DNA of 64,000 bases from Macrostomum lignano (GCA_002269645.1 NIVC01000392.1:434001-498000); one strand, 5' to 3'. Numbered from the stretch's first letter, positions 48,852 to 61,309 are shown. A program made the numbers and translations. Notes: generated by a model not told the origin, from the letters alone.

Positions 48852-48951
48852 TTCTGCAGTCGGGATGCATGATATCGGTATAACACGCGAGCGCCGGTGG
48901 CGCGGTAGGCGCTCGCGTGTTATACCGATATCATGCATCCCGACTGCAGAA
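48852..48951. other. Perfect 44-bp inverted repeat with a 12-nt loop (100-bp hairpin)
   Basis: TTCTGCAGTCGGGATGCATGATATCGGTATAACACGCGAGCGCC-ggtggcgcggta-GGCGCTCGCGTGTTATACCGATATCATGCATCCCGACTGCAGAA. Confidence 0.95.
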
Positions 48952-49137
48952 GAATATATCACTGCTTGGAGAGAAAATGTACGTACGGACCCGGTTCTAT
49001 ATGAATGCATATAGTGATTTCGAATAAACGATTCAGCATATTCAAACCTGCAGTCTCCGAGGGACTGAGTTATTAAACATAAATGAAAATATACATATAT
49101 GACGTGTTTTTATAAAATTTGGAAGTTAGTTGATTCA

Positions 49138-49451
49138 CTAGCGGTACCCCCACCCTTCGGGTGTTCCCATCCATCTAAATTCCATCAGGCCAAATTCACA
49201 CACATTGCAACTCCTTGCCATGGACGTTGAAATCAGCAAAAAAAATTTCATTTTGCTGATGTCAATTAAATCAAGACCTACGTTGTTCAACTTTCTAGAA
49301 AGATTTATTATCTCTATCGTTATTGTACCCAATTTTCCTATTGGTTACAATGCAGGGGATTCATCCATCCCCTCTCCTACTCATCCATCCCCTCTCCCAT
49401 CCATCCATCCATCCTCCTCCCACTCTCACCCATCCCATCTCCCTCTTTATC
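49138..49451 (-). mobile_element. Helitron 3' terminal segment (copy A)
   Basis: On the minus strand: hairpin CACCC-GAA-GGGTG, then GGGGTACCG-CTAG|T, the canonical Helitron 3' end; essentially identical to 51642-51955. Confidence 0.75.
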
Positions 49452-49769
49452 CCACCGTTTCATTCATCCCCTCTCCCTCTTATCCCCCTCTCAGCCATCC
49501 CGTCTCTCCCTTATCAATGCAATTTTCATTGGCCATCGCGTCAGTTGCCCGTAATTGCAGGTGTAACAGGAAAAAACAACTCTCAGTGCCTCTATTATCT
49601 TCTCTCCCTCTTTTCTCCACGACTTCTTGTCTCGGTTGTCCTTCTGTGCGTCTTCTCTCTTAGAATTTCAGCACGCAGCTGAAAATGCGTGAAGAAATAA
49701 GAACGAAATAAAATATTTTTCCAATTCTCTCATTTGTGTATTTTTCAATTCTCATTCTCCCATTCTCTC

Positions 49770-49786
49770 TCATTCTCTCTCTCTCC

Positions 49787-49822
<36 letters not shown>

Positions 49823-50045
49823 CTCTCTCTCTCTCTTTCACTCTCTCTCTCTATCCGTCTCTCTCTGTCCGTGTCTCTCTCCGTCTCTCTCTTTCCATTA
49901 ACAATCGAAGTAGTTATCCGTCTGAACGGAACCACCGCTACTGCCGTGGCTGCGACTACGGCTGCGGTTGCGGTTGCGGCTGCGGCTGCGACGGTGCAGG
50001 TCGGCGGCTCGCAGTGCACACAGTGGTAAGAGACTATTCAATTAT

Positions 50046-50097
<52 letters not shown>
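49770..50097. repeat. (CT)n microsatellite 49770-49890 and (CA)n microsatellite 50048-50097
   Basis: Read directly. Confidence 0.95.
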
Positions 50098-50099
<2 letters not shown>

Positions 50100-50490
50100 T
50101 TTTATGACAGTCACTCACACTGTCTGTTCTTCTCTCCCACTACGTTGTGCGGGGTAGTAGACTACTATACAGTGATTGTATTGCGTCAGCACTCAACAGC
50201 GACGCCGCACAAAATTCACTCACCCTTGCAAGAATAGCAACAGAGAGAGGCGAAGAGAAGTGTGGCGCAATACTCAATTAAAATCTCATTTCCCGTAAGT
50301 CCTGGCATTTCATACCTCTACTCTGATTGTCTCCTGTCTCTCTGGACTGAAGGTCTGAGGGTTAGCTATATATTAGAGTGAGGGAAAGAGGCTACTGCCT
50401 CAACGATCACAGGATTCAGGAATGTGACTGTCTCTGTCATTCGCCTAATTTTGAATTTTTTCACGTATAATTTGGACTAAGACAATCCCA

Positions 50491-51042
50491 ATGTCTCAGC
50501 AACCGACAAATAGGCCGGATAGCTACCCCGAGATGTTTGAGAAGCAACGACGAGGAATGGAACAACACATGAAGACCTTCATGGAGAAAGCTTCGAACAT
50601 CGTCCGTCATCAGGAGACGATAGCCCAACAAGAATCCGACAGGAAATCTGCCCTGGCTGAGCTGGTTGCACAGCAGCAATGCGAAATCGCGCAGCTACGA
50701 AGAACGGTTTCTGAACTGCGGGACGAGCTCACCATCGTACAAGCTGAGCGAGACGAGCTTGCGACTGTGCGGAAGGAGCTGGCAACCGTGCGTGACGAAC
50801 GCGACCACCTGGAGTCCGTGCTTGGACGGCAGCTTGAAGAGAGCTGCCCTGAGGATGAGTCCTCTCCCCGCAAGCGAGCCCGACATAGCGAGGATGCGGA
50901 CCCGGCTGCATCAACTGAGACGTCAACAGCCGAGCCACTGGACGGAACAGAGGTGCAAGAACAGATCGCGAATGCAAGCCAAACCTCCGTGATGTCTCTG
51001 GACGAGTCCGGCTCTGCGGGAAGGTCTTCAATGGACAGTTAG
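50491..51042 (+). CDS. Orphan 183-aa protein: long coiled coil, basic NLS-like motif (PRKRARH), acidic/Ser-rich tail
   Basis: Uninterrupted GC-rich ORF in AT-rich surroundings with heptad-like LAELVAQQQCEIAQLRRTVSELRDELTIVQAERDELATVRKELATVRDERDHLE. No family recognised; upstream exons possible. Confidence 0.6.
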   Translation: MSQQPTNRPDSYPEMFEKQRRGMEQHMKTFMEKASNIVRHQETIAQQESDRKSALAELVAQQQCEIAQLRRTVSELRDELTIVQAERDELATVRKELATVRDERDHLESVLGRQLEESCPEDESSPRKRARHSEDADPAASTETSTAEPLDGTEVQEQIANASQTSVMSLDESGSAGRSSMDS

Positions 51043-51641
51043 AGGTGTTGCCACACTGCGTAAAACAGAATGCAAAAAAATGCTACTGAACCACTTGTAT
51101 GAGTCTCGTGCATGGTAGATCCCATCCCGAGGAAGCTACTTTATTGACTGATGGCATAGTAAGTTTCCCAAAATTGTAGTTAATTAATACATACTATAGT
51201 ATAGTTTGTTATACACGCAATGATACATCTTGCAGCGGATCACTTATTACACCACTACTATTTTTTTACGACAATGACAGTGACAAAAAAAAACAAATTC
51301 ACCTACGGTATTAGGATACGGACTCAGATCTGTTGTGCTTCTTTATCGAGGCGAGGATAGCCTGCTATGCTGTTTAATTGCTGCGTTAAGTAATACTTCT
51401 CGTGTTTGTTATTCTTTCCTGACATATTTGTATGAAATGACTCTGTGTGCATGGAATAGTATATGCGAACGGATATAACATCCCATTGACGAATTTTCCC
51501 ACAGAATTTAACTGTGCGCAGTTTTACATGCCAATTTCGATGCATGGACGGATGGCAAAATGAAAAAAATATATGGAAAGCGCCAATGAAGTGACCATTT
51601 GGTAAACTTACATTATCCATATGACAGTGGGATAAATGTGA

Positions 51642-51955
51642 GATAGAGAGGGAGATGGGATGGGTGAGAGTGGGAGGAGGATGGATGGATGGATGGGAGA
51701 GGGGATGGATGAGTAGGAGAGGGGATGGATGAATCCCCTGCATTGTAACCAATAGGAAAATTGGGTACAATAACGATAGAGATAATAAATCTTTCTAGAA
51801 AGTTGAACAACGTAGGTCTTGATTTAATTGACATCAGCAAAATGAAATTTTTTTTGCTGATTTCAACGTCCATGGCAAGGAGTTGCAATGTGTGTGAATT
51901 TGGCCTGATGGAATTTAGATGGATGGGAACACCCGAAGGGTGGGGGTACCGCTAG
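51642..51955 (+). mobile_element. Helitron 3' terminal segment (copy B)
   Basis: GGGAACACCCGAAGGGTGGGGGTACCGCTAG|T at 51925-51956; inverted copy of 49138-49451. Confidence 0.75.
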
Positions 51956-52371
51956 TATTATATATATACTATTTTACGACAAATACCAGAAAAGCGTATA
52001 TATTTAGCTTTGTTAGAAATTTGGTGATTACATTTTTTACATGAAGCAAATTTTTACATGTGTATGTATCAATTTCGCTAGTGCAAAAATAAGCTACGCT
52101 GTATAATGCAATGTTTTTCCTGCATGGCTTTTATTATGCGGTGATCAAGGCATTCATTCAGATGGTGAACGAAACTTTGCAGAAGTTAATAAAATTGCAC
52201 ACGATGAACAGATAAGTGTATGGATAACAGTGCAGTATTGCAGTAAGGAGGCAAACAATTTTTTTAACAGCGTTCCTAACAAATACAAGCCGTTAGTATG
52301 CCAGGAAATGCAAAATCGATAATGTCTTTGTCGCATCAATGTAAACTAATGTATAGCACGACAAGAAATTC

Positions 52372-52845
52372 CTATGAGAGAACAGGCTTCAGAACGACAT
52401 TCCGAGTCTTGTTGTCAGGAGCCAATACGCGAATGTTTTTGGGATCACGGGCTCTGCTCAAGGCAACATACAATTGTCCATGCTGAAAGCAAGGGAGAAT
52501 CAAATGTACACCAAAAAAGTCCAGAGTCTGGCCTTGGCTCTTGTGGACCGTGATAGCAAAACAAGGACGAACAGGAAACTGGAGCCGTCGAAATACAATC
52601 GGTAAGTCAGCCGTACTTGGCTCCAATGGAATGCGTGGCAAAAACACCTGTTCACCTTTGTACGCTCCAGTTGCAATCCTCGCGACCAGTACATTGGGCT
52701 CCAGTTTGGTCACGATCAGTCGGCTGCCGTTGCACAGGCGAGGCGGGTGCAGATTCCGCAGCAGCATCACCGGCATACCCACCTTGAGTCGAAGCAGATG
52801 TTGCGGCAGTCCAGGAGGATCCATTTCAGTATTCAATAGAATTTT
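52372..52845 (-). pseudogene. Helitron RepHel PIF1-like helicase, C-terminal fragment
   Basis: PPGLPQHLLRLKVGMPVMLLRNLHPPRLCNGSRL..LPRIPL..FRRLQFPVRPCFAITVHKSQGQTL..CFQHGQLYVALSRA..KTRNVV. Confidence 0.9.
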
Positions 52846-54059
52846 AGTATATATTATTATCATTCAACTTATTAGCTCCAAGACTTCAAAGAATCACAAA
52901 GAATAGTGCAGAGACAATTTGAAAATTGAGTGAGAACTTGCAGTTCGGCCATATGAAGTGTCCAGCCAAAGCTCTGGGCAAAGAGAGTGAAGCCCTGCCT
53001 TCTCACTAACTGCAGTTGTCAACAGCTCTGGCGGTTGGTCAATGTGCATGCGGAGATGCAAAAACTAAGTACACTCGTCCCCTTTCTCTCAACAACTCTG
53101 GCGGGGGTCAATGTGCATGCGGAGATACAAATATTCAGTACACTCGTCCCCTTTCTCTCTACCCCTTCTCTCAGACCCCACCCTATCGGCGGCGCCGCTG
53201 CATGTGTTATGCAATCACTCGCCTAACAGCGAGTGAATTGTACAGTAGGTACACACGGCCAATGTGCAAAGTAAATTAATTTTTGCGCAAAAAAACGCCT
53301 TAACACTTCAATAATTATTTTATTCAAAAAGTTCTAATTTTAAAACTTGTACCATTGAATTCCTTTTCTGACAAGCTTTCCAGTGATATAAAATGTGCAG
53401 CAAAATATTAACCTAGGCATTCAGCAGATTGCCTAGAAGTGTCCAAAATGTTCAGAAAATGGCTAAACTCAGGGGGTACAGTCTTTGAACAAAAAACTAA
53501 CCCACTTCCCGATCGAATTTCTCCAATTTTCAAACTCACGAATGATCCTGAGATGTTCTTCTTTCAGATGGTTCAAACCCGAAAAAAATTCATCTAGCCA
53601 TTATCGGGATTACCTGTTACATACCCACAGACAAGTTAAACGAAGGTTCCTATAGGTACATAGTTTTGATTTTTAGTATATTGGAAGCATCCAGAATTTT
53701 TATTATACCCCCCCCTTAATTGGTTACGCAAGTTAAATAGAGTAATTATCTGGGCAGTGGGGCAAAGTGAATTTTCTTATCAGTTGGCTCTGGCGCAATC
53801 ATTAAAATTGGCTGTGAAGTTTCTCGCTGCGCGCAGGCTGATAAAAAAATACACTAAAAAGGCCATTTAAAACAGTTTTTCGAATATTTAATTCCTTAGC
53901 ATTGAGCTAGAGCTTAATAAAATTACATGTACCGTCCCGGGCACATTTGACATCTTTTGGCGAAGAAACGGAGAAAATCGGTTGAGCCTTTTGGGAGATA
54001 ACCTGTTACATACCCACAGACAGACAGGGCCGGTGGAGGGGGGGTTGCTACTTTAGATA

Positions 54060-56995
54060 TATTAGACGAGGCCAACTCCTCCGCTGGAGGAGAAAGGGGA
54101 AGAACTCCCATCACCGGAATTCCATTCCCTGAAATCCACTAACTGAATCCCATCATCCAATTCCTCACCGCAAAACTGAACACCATCGAAATCCTCTCCG
54201 CGAAACAGAAATCCTCTCCGGGAAACTGAACTCCAAGGAAATCCTCTGCGTGAAACTAAAATCCATCAAAATTGTCTTCGTAAAACAGAAATACATCAAA
54301 ATTCTCTTCACGAAACAGAAATCCTCTCCGGGAAACTGAACTCCAAGGAAATCCTCTGCGTGAAACTAAAATCCATCAAAATTGTCTCCGTAAAACAGAA
54401 ATACATCAAAATTCTCTCCACGAAACAGAAATCCTCTCCGGGAAACTGAACTCCAAGGAAATCCTCTGCGTGAAACTAAAATCCATCAAAATTGTCTCCG
54501 TAAAACAGAAATACATCAAAATTCTCTCCACGAAACAGAAATCCTCTCCGGGAAACTGAACTCCAAGGAAACCCTCTGCGTGAAACTAAAATCCATCAAA
54601 ATTGTCTCCGTAAAACAGAAATACATCAAAATTCTCTCCACGAAACAGAAATCCTCTCCGTGAAACTGAAAACCATCGAAATCCTCTCCGCAAGACAGAA
54701 ATCATCTCCAAGAAACTGAAAACCCTTGAAATTCTCTCCGTGAAACTGGACTCAATCGAAATTTTCTCCGTCAAAGGGAATAAACTCCCAGGATTCAATG
54801 GTTAGGGTTAGGGTTAGGGTTAGGGTTAGAGCTACACACAGCAGCGTGTTGAAAGGCGCCGATAAAAAAATTGAACCAATTGAATCAGTTGAATGCGCAA
54901 CCAATTTCATAGTCATTCAGTATCAGTCTCGGTAAAATTAGGAAAAAAAGTTGCGCAATCTAAATCAACCCTCCAATACACAGCGACCGACCCCTTCCAA
55001 TACGCAGTGAAGGTTAGAAATTCAACCCCCCCCCCCTAACTGTTGGGGTGTCGGTCGAACCCCCATTGAACCCGTAAAATGAGTACAATCTTTGCAGAGA
55101 GTTAAAAGTATTGAAATATCGTCTTTGCTTTTGCTTTGCTTTTTGCTTTCATATTTAAAGCAAACAACTTATATCCTCGAAGTCAGCATTGAAAGATCTT
55201 TCCAGCAATATAAGTCTCTTCTCTCAGAGTTCAAAACTCGAGGAATAGTTGGCGTTTGAAATATCCCAATTTAAAGCATTGAACTATCGAGTGTACGCAT
55301 ACGTGCACTGCCTGCTAAAAAGGCTTGCAAGTTTATTCATTGAATTCCACTGCCGCCCCAGCACCCTCAACTTAGGGGGGTTTGGTTAAGTTCTCAGTGC
55401 ACACAGTTGTGGCGCAATCGCTAAAATTGATGTCAACCGGCCCAGCTTACACCCCTTCAGTTGAAAGAATACACTGCACAGATAGGCCGGCTGTTGTGGC
55501 GCAATAATTGTAAATTACGCAAGATGTTCATATTCCCCTATTGTTTTTCTATTTCTGCTTTTTTAGGGATCTTAAGACGTGAAAATAAAAAATTGAAATA
55601 GCCCACTGCCATCCTCGGAAAATTTGCAGTTTTCCCATATAAGTTTCAACGCTGACTTGCAAGTCGTCTAGGAGGAGATGTGTATCACACAAACAGACAA
55701 ACAACGCACCAACTTTAGTATTAAGACGAGGCCAACTCCTCCTCTGGAGGAGAAAGGGGAAGAATTCCCATCACCGGAACTCCATTCCCTGAAATGCCAT
55801 TCCCTGAATCCCATCATCCAACTCCTCTCCGCGAAACTGAACATCATCGAAATCCTCTCCGTAAAAGATAACTCCATCAAAAACCTCTCCGTGAAACTGA
55901 CATTCATCAAAATCCTCTCCGAGAAACAGAAATCCTCTCCGTTAAACTGGACTTTATGGAAATCCTCTGCGTGAAACTGAAATCCATCAAAATCGTCTCC
56001 GCGAAACAGAAATTCTCTCCTTAAAACTGGACTGAATCGAAATTTTCTCCGTCAAAAAGAATCAACACTCAGGATTTAGTGGTTAGGGTTAGGGTTAGGG
56101 TTAGAGCTACAACGCAGCAGCGTGTTGAAAGGCGCCGATAAAAAATTGAACTAATTAAATTCATTGAATGCGCAACCGATTTCACAGTCAGTCAGTATCA
56201 GTCTCGGTAAAAGTTAACAAAAAGATTGCGCAAACTAAATCAACCCTTCAATACACAGCGACTGACCCCCTTCCGCAGTGGCAATTAAAAGTTGAACCGC
56301 CCCTCCCCTCCCACCAACTGTTGGGGGGTTGGTCGAACCCCCATTGAACTCCAAAATGAGTACACTGCAGAAAGTTAAAAGTATGGAAATCGTTTTTTAA
56401 ATGCTGTGCTTTTTGTTTTCACATTTAAAGCAAACAACTTATATCCTCGAAGTCTGCATTGAAAGATCTTTCCAGCAATATAAGTCTCTTCTCTCAGAGT
56501 TCAAAACTCGAGGAACAGTTGGCGTTTGAAATATCCCAATTTAAAGCATTGAACTATCGAGTGTACGCATGCGTGCACTGCCTGCTAAAAAGGCTTGCAA
56601 GTTTATTCATTAAATTCCACTGCCGCCCCAGCACCCTCAACACAGAGGGGTTTGGTTAAGTTCTCAGTGCACACAGTTGTGGCGCAATCGCTAAAAATTG
56701 ATGTCAACCGGCCCAGCTTACACTCCTTCAGCTGAAAGAATACACTGCACAGATAGGCCAGCTGTTGTGGCGCAATCATTGCAAATTACGCAAGATGGGC
56801 ATATTCCCCTATTGTTCTACGATTTCTGCTTTTTTAGGGATCTTAAAATTTGAAAATAAAAAATTGAAATAGCCCACTGCCATCCTCGGAAAATTTGCAG
56901 TGTTCCCATATAAGTTTCAACGCTGACTTGCAAGTCGTCTAGGAGGAGATGTGTATCACACAAACAGACAAACAACGCACCAACTTTAGTATTAA
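54060..56995. repeat. Two tandem copies of a composite repeat module (54060-55715 and 55716-56995), each with an internal minisatellite and (TTAGGG)n
   Basis: Both start AGACGAGGCCAACTCCTC..GGAGGAGAAAGGGGAAGAA; 110-bp higher-order repeat (CGAAACAGAA at 54201, 54311, 54421, 54531); (TTAGGG)n at 54800-54829 and 56082-56104; both end ACAAACAGACAAACAACGCACCAACTTTAGTATTAAGA. Confidence 0.85.
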
Positions 56996-58167
56996 GAGAT
57001 TTCGTAGATGAGATAGAGATTGTAAAGCCAACGCGCGCGCGCGCACCCACCTTTGCATATACCGTATACAATTGGTATTTTGAGTAGGAAATTTTCGTCT
57101 CTTCTGAGAGTTGGAATGTACATATACTCTTGTTTTTGGGGTTGGCTGTTGTATAGAGTGATTCAAATACAGCGGATTGTCGTGTAGATTGGGGATAAAT
57201 GACATATATAGAAGTAGAAAGTGTACAATAGAAATTGTCATAGAAGTAGATAGGGTTTTAATGCTCAAAGTACGTATAGAAGTATGCAGTGTACATATAG
57301 AGGTACATGGGGGAAATTAGATAGGAATTAATGTACATATACAAGTAGATATAGAAGTATTCGCTTATATATCACGCTTAGGATAGCATTTTCATATACT
57401 ACTTACTTCATTTTCAGATAGTAGTATAATTTGCGTTTTTGCGTCAGAATTCTGAAAATCGACGGATATCTGTATGTTAAGTAGTTACATGGCATGCGAA
57501 ATCAACACCAAGAGGAGTACAGCTCATCCAGCTTTCGCCCCGCTTCCTCTATATACATGTACATACATGAGCATGTATGTATACTGTATTTATGTACATT
57601 GGTCATTAGAAGACGGCCGCGCATGCAGAATCAAAGTACTAAGCTGGTCCAGATACCACACACACCCCACACACCCAAGCCGAGAGAGAGAAAGATAAAA
57701 TGTAGAAAAACGGCCAGAGAGAGGTAAAGAAGAGAGAGAAGAGTACTGAGCACAATGCTGAACAAATTTATTGGAATGAATGTTTTATGCATAGACGTTC
57801 TTTCAACGTTGGCCAGAAAAGCGCACGAAAAAAAACATGGCTACGAGTAGCTAGCTACTTATTTGGGTAGGAAAGAGTTTAGCGAATTTATTTAACGAGA
57901 AGTGTGCAGTACTGTTGAGTCGGCTTGCTCTTTTAGCTGTCGCAAGTTTTGCAGTAGCTAGAGATAGAACTAGAGATAGACAGCTTGGTACCTTATTTTT
58001 TCATAGAATTTCATTCAAACTTTAAATTCTACGAAATAATCCAAGCTTGAAATTCTAAGAAATCAAATCGGCAAGCAAGAGCTTATGCCTTATGGTGCAT
58101 TGAAATTGTGTTATATGGTCTAAATTTCCTCATGTCTTTTGCTTCAGTTGGTCAGCCTCAAGCGCCA

Positions 58168-58314
58168 ATGAGTCTTCTCGACGAGGACTTTGAAGTAATT
58201 GGAAGCGACGAGCCAATCAGTCCTTATGAGATGTCACTTTTGCCACCCCAACAACAGCTGCCACCGTCACTGGCACAACCTTCTGCTTCTACCAGTGGAG
58301 TTCAGAACCTGCCG
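58168..58314 (+). CDS. Probable first coding exon of an uncharacterised gene continuing at 63442
   Basis: Acceptor TCTTTTGCTTCAG at 58147; ATG at 58168, MSLLDEDFEVIGSDEPISPYEMSLLPPQQQLPPSLAQPSASTSGVQNLP; phase-0 donor GTAAGT at 58315. Confidence 0.55.
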
Positions 58315-58705
58315 GTAAGTCACGAATTAGTAATGTTTATACATGTAGCGAGCATCATGCTTAAGTCACGTGACAACTGACAATCATGTTTAAATAATGT
58401 TCAAGCCACGAATTAGTAATGCTCATTGTCGACATCATGCTCAAGTCATGTGACAACTGGCAATCATGTTTGTAGTGTACGCTCTGCGCGGTAATAATGT
58501 ACTTGGCTTGGTCGATGAACTAACTCGTAGCAATACTCTTATTACGCAATGCTCTCGGGCCTATAAATATATTGAATTGAGCAGTCGGCTCATTTAAGTG
58601 CATCGTTTCTCTCGCCAAACTAAATAGCTAGTCTGAGTCATTACATGGCGTCGCAAGCAAACTCTCAGTGAGGCCAACCCCCCGCGCACTGATAACGACC
58701 GGTGA

Positions 58706-61309
58706 TTCAGCAAATATGGCACAGGCCCTGCAACTCGCGCACCAGACGCCTTTGACCTCGAAGGCGATCCTCTGACAAGAGCTCAGCGATGGAAAACCTG
58801 GACGCGAAGGTTCAGCAGCTACATACGCGCAGCTGGCATCACAGATGCGACACAGCAGCTGGAGCTCTTAGTTTACACTGCGGGCGAGAAGCTGGAAGAC
58901 TTCATGGACGATAACGGCGTCAAGAAAGGAGAGTCCGCGGAGGAGCTCATCAAAAAGTTGCAGGGTATCTTCGACCAAAAGAACAGCGTTGTCTTCCTCA
59001 GGTACCAGTTTGAAATATGCCGGCAGGAGGAAGGAGAGTCAATTGAGGCCTGGTATCATCGGCTACGCAAGGCTGCGGACCAATGTACGTTCGGCGAACT
59101 CCGAGACTCGCTCATCAGGGACAAGATCGTGGCTCATTACCGGTCCGAGAGGATCAGGAGGGAACTCCTGCAGCTCAACGATGTCTCCTTAGACGACGTT
59201 TTGAAGCGAATCCGAGCGAGGGAGGCAGCGGAGCAGCAGGCCCAGGCCATGGAGATCGGCGCCGCAGCCGACACGGGCCATCCTTCCGCTTCGAATGTGG
59301 CGGCGCTGCGTCCACCTCGTAACCGACCATCCCATACAACCAGGCCGGCTGCCGCGGCAAGAGACAGCGGCATCAACTGCGATCGCTGCGGGCGACCAGG
59401 GCATCAGACGTGCGAGGCAGCCCGTAACAAGGCGTGTCGACGCTGCGGCAAGATGGGTCATTTCGCTCGGGCGTGTCGAGGAGCAGCTAAAGTCCCTCTG
59501 AGGACCGTTGACGAACCGCAGGAGGAGGCTCCGCCGGGTCGAGTCGAATATCTGCAAGACGACCCCATCGAGCACGAGCTATTCACCCTGAGGAACTACG
59601 GCTCTACTTGGACGCCTGCGACAATTAACGGGCTCAAGACAAAGGTGCTCATCGAGAGCGGCGCGGCCTGCAACATCATCGACAGGGCGGCCTACGACAG
59701 GATGCCGCAAAAAGCCGCGCTGCAGCCCGCCAGCGACAAGGTCTACGCATACGGAAGCCAAGAGCCGCTGAGATTGCTGGGCAAGGCAGACCTGCAAGTC
59801 AGCGTGTTCGAGATCCACGAGACACTACCGTTCTTGGTGCTCGACGGTGAGGGCGCTTGCATCATTGGCCGGAGAAGCGCTGAAAGACTTCAGATTCTGC
59901 GAGTCGGCCCGGAGAACAAGGTGGCATGCCAGCTGCGTCCGTCTCCCGAGGTCTCGCTAGACAGCATGCTAACAGGGATCCCAAAGGACGTCCTACATGC
60001 GCCGGGGGCACCGGCCCTGCACGAACTCCTAACGGAGAACGCACAAGTCTTCAGCGGAATCGGCAGGCTCAAAAACTATGCCGCCCGCATCTTCCTGGAG
60101 GAGGGAGCCAGGCCGATCTGTCATCCCCCATCAAGGGTGCCAATACATCTCGCACAGGCAGTCGACGCCGAGCTGCAGTGCCTCGAGGACCAAGGCATCA
60201 TCGAGCCGGTGGAAGGCCCCTGTCCGTGGGTAGCCCGCATCGTCGTCGTGCCCAAGCAGACTCCAGGCGAGATCAGGATTACGCAGGACTTGAGAGACCT
60301 GAACAAGTCGGTCATCAGAGAGCGGCATCCCATCCCGACATTCGAGGAGGTGACGGGAGACATGGCAGGAGCGCAGCTATTCTCAGAGCTCGACATCGCG
60401 AAGGCATTTTATCAAATCCCAGTCGCCGACGAATGCCGCCATCTTCTGACTTTTTCGACACCACGAGGCCTGCGGCGGCTGACACGGCTCTGTATGGGAC
60501 TGTCTACGGCCCAGGAAATTCTCCAGGCGGTCATGTCATCCGTGCTAGCTGGACTCCCGAAAGTAAAATGGATTCACGACGACATCATCGTGTATGGGCA
60601 CAGCGTGGCGGAGCACCACAGCAACCTGCAGGCATGTCTGCGACGACTGGCGCAGCACGGGCTGACGCTGAATCCGTTAAAATGCAAGCTCGCCCGTACC
60701 GAGGTCACGTTCATGGGGATGCAGCTGTCCAGTGAAGGTGTCAGACCAACCCAGTCCAAGTTGGAAGCCATCCATGCATTTGCCGAGCCAAAGACCGCCA
60801 CAGAGGTGCGCTCGTTCCTAGGCCTGGTCAACTATCTGGCCTCATTCACCCCCGGGCTGGCGGATGTAGCGAGGCCACTGCGCAATCTGACTAGGAAAGA
60901 CGAGCCCTGGGCATGGACCGACCTCGAGAAAAGAGCTTTTGACGACGTGAAGACCCGGATTGCGACCAGCGGCACCCTCGCCTTCTTCAACCACCGCCTA
61001 GCGACGCAACTCATCGTCGACGCCGGCCCAGCGGGCCTGGGCGCGATCCTAACGCAGACGCAAGCGGACGGCACCAACCGGCCTGTCGCGTACGCCAGCC
61101 GGACGCTGTCCGATGTTGAGCAGCGCTACTCCCAGACTGAGAAGGAGGCGCTGGCCGTCAAATACGGCTGCTTGAAATTTCAGTACTATCTGCCCGGCGC
61201 TCCGACATTTACGGTGGTGACAGACCACAAGCCGCTCATCGCATTGTTCAGCAGTGGCTCAAGGCCTCCCCGAGGATCGAAAGAATGGCGCTGCGCATTC
61301 AGCACATGA
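58706..61309 (+). CDS. Gypsy gag-protease-RT-RNase H (open frame from 58706; track ORF from ATG 58904)
   Basis: Gag PDAFDLEGD..RWKTW; two Cys/His knuckles CDRCGRPGHQTC and CRRCGKMGHFARAC; protease VLIESGA; RT AFYQIP, LCMGL, WIHDDIIV; RNase H DAGPAGLGA, EKEALAV, TDHKPL. Confidence 0.9.
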   Translation, partial: FSKYGTGPATRAPDAFDLEGDPLTRAQRWKTWTRRFSSYIRAAGITDATQQLELLVYTAGEKLEDFMDDNGVKKGESAEELIKKLQGIFDQKNSVVFLRYQFEICRQEEGESIEAWYHRLRKAADQCTFGELRDSLIRDKIVAHYRSERIRRELLQLNDVSLDDVLKRIRAREAAEQQAQAMEIGAAADTGHPSASNVAALRPPRNRPSHTTRPAAAARDSGINCDRCGRPGHQTCEAARNKACRRCGKMGHFARACRGAAKVPLRTVDEPQEEAPPGRVEYLQDDPIEHELFTLRNYGSTWTPATINGLKTKVLIESGAACNIIDRAAYDRMPQKAALQPASDKVYAYGSQEPLRLLGKADLQVSVFEIHETLPFLVLDGEGACIIGRRSAERLQILRVGPENKVACQLRPSPEVSLDSMLTGIPKDVLHAPGAPALHELLTENAQVFSGIGRLKNYAARIFLEEGARPICHPPSRVPIHLAQAVDAELQCLEDQGIIEPVEGPCPWVARIVVVPKQTPGEIRITQDLRDLNKSVIRERHPIPTFEEVTGDMAGAQLFSELDIAKAFYQIPVADECRHLLTFSTPRGLRRLTRLCMGLSTAQEILQAVMSSVLAGLPKVKWIHDDIIVYGHSVAEHHSNLQACLRRLAQHGLTLNPLKCKLARTEVTFMGMQLSSEGVRPTQSKLEAIHAFAEPKTATEVRSFLGLVNYLASFTPGLADVARPLRNLTRKDEPWAWTDLEKRAFDDVKTRIATSGTLAFFNHRLATQLIVDAGPAGLGAILTQTQADGTNRPVAYASRTLSDVEQRYSQTEKEALAVKYGCLKFQYYLPGAPTFTVVTDHKPLIALFSSGSRPPRGSKEWRCAFST

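Noticed and set aside
49138-49663. Duplicated ORFs MQLLAMDVEISKK / MGTITIEIIN / MYPIFLLVT (also at 51324-51955)
   Set aside because: They lie in the non-coding Helitron terminal repeat, with GTG/TTG-type starts and low-complexity tails.
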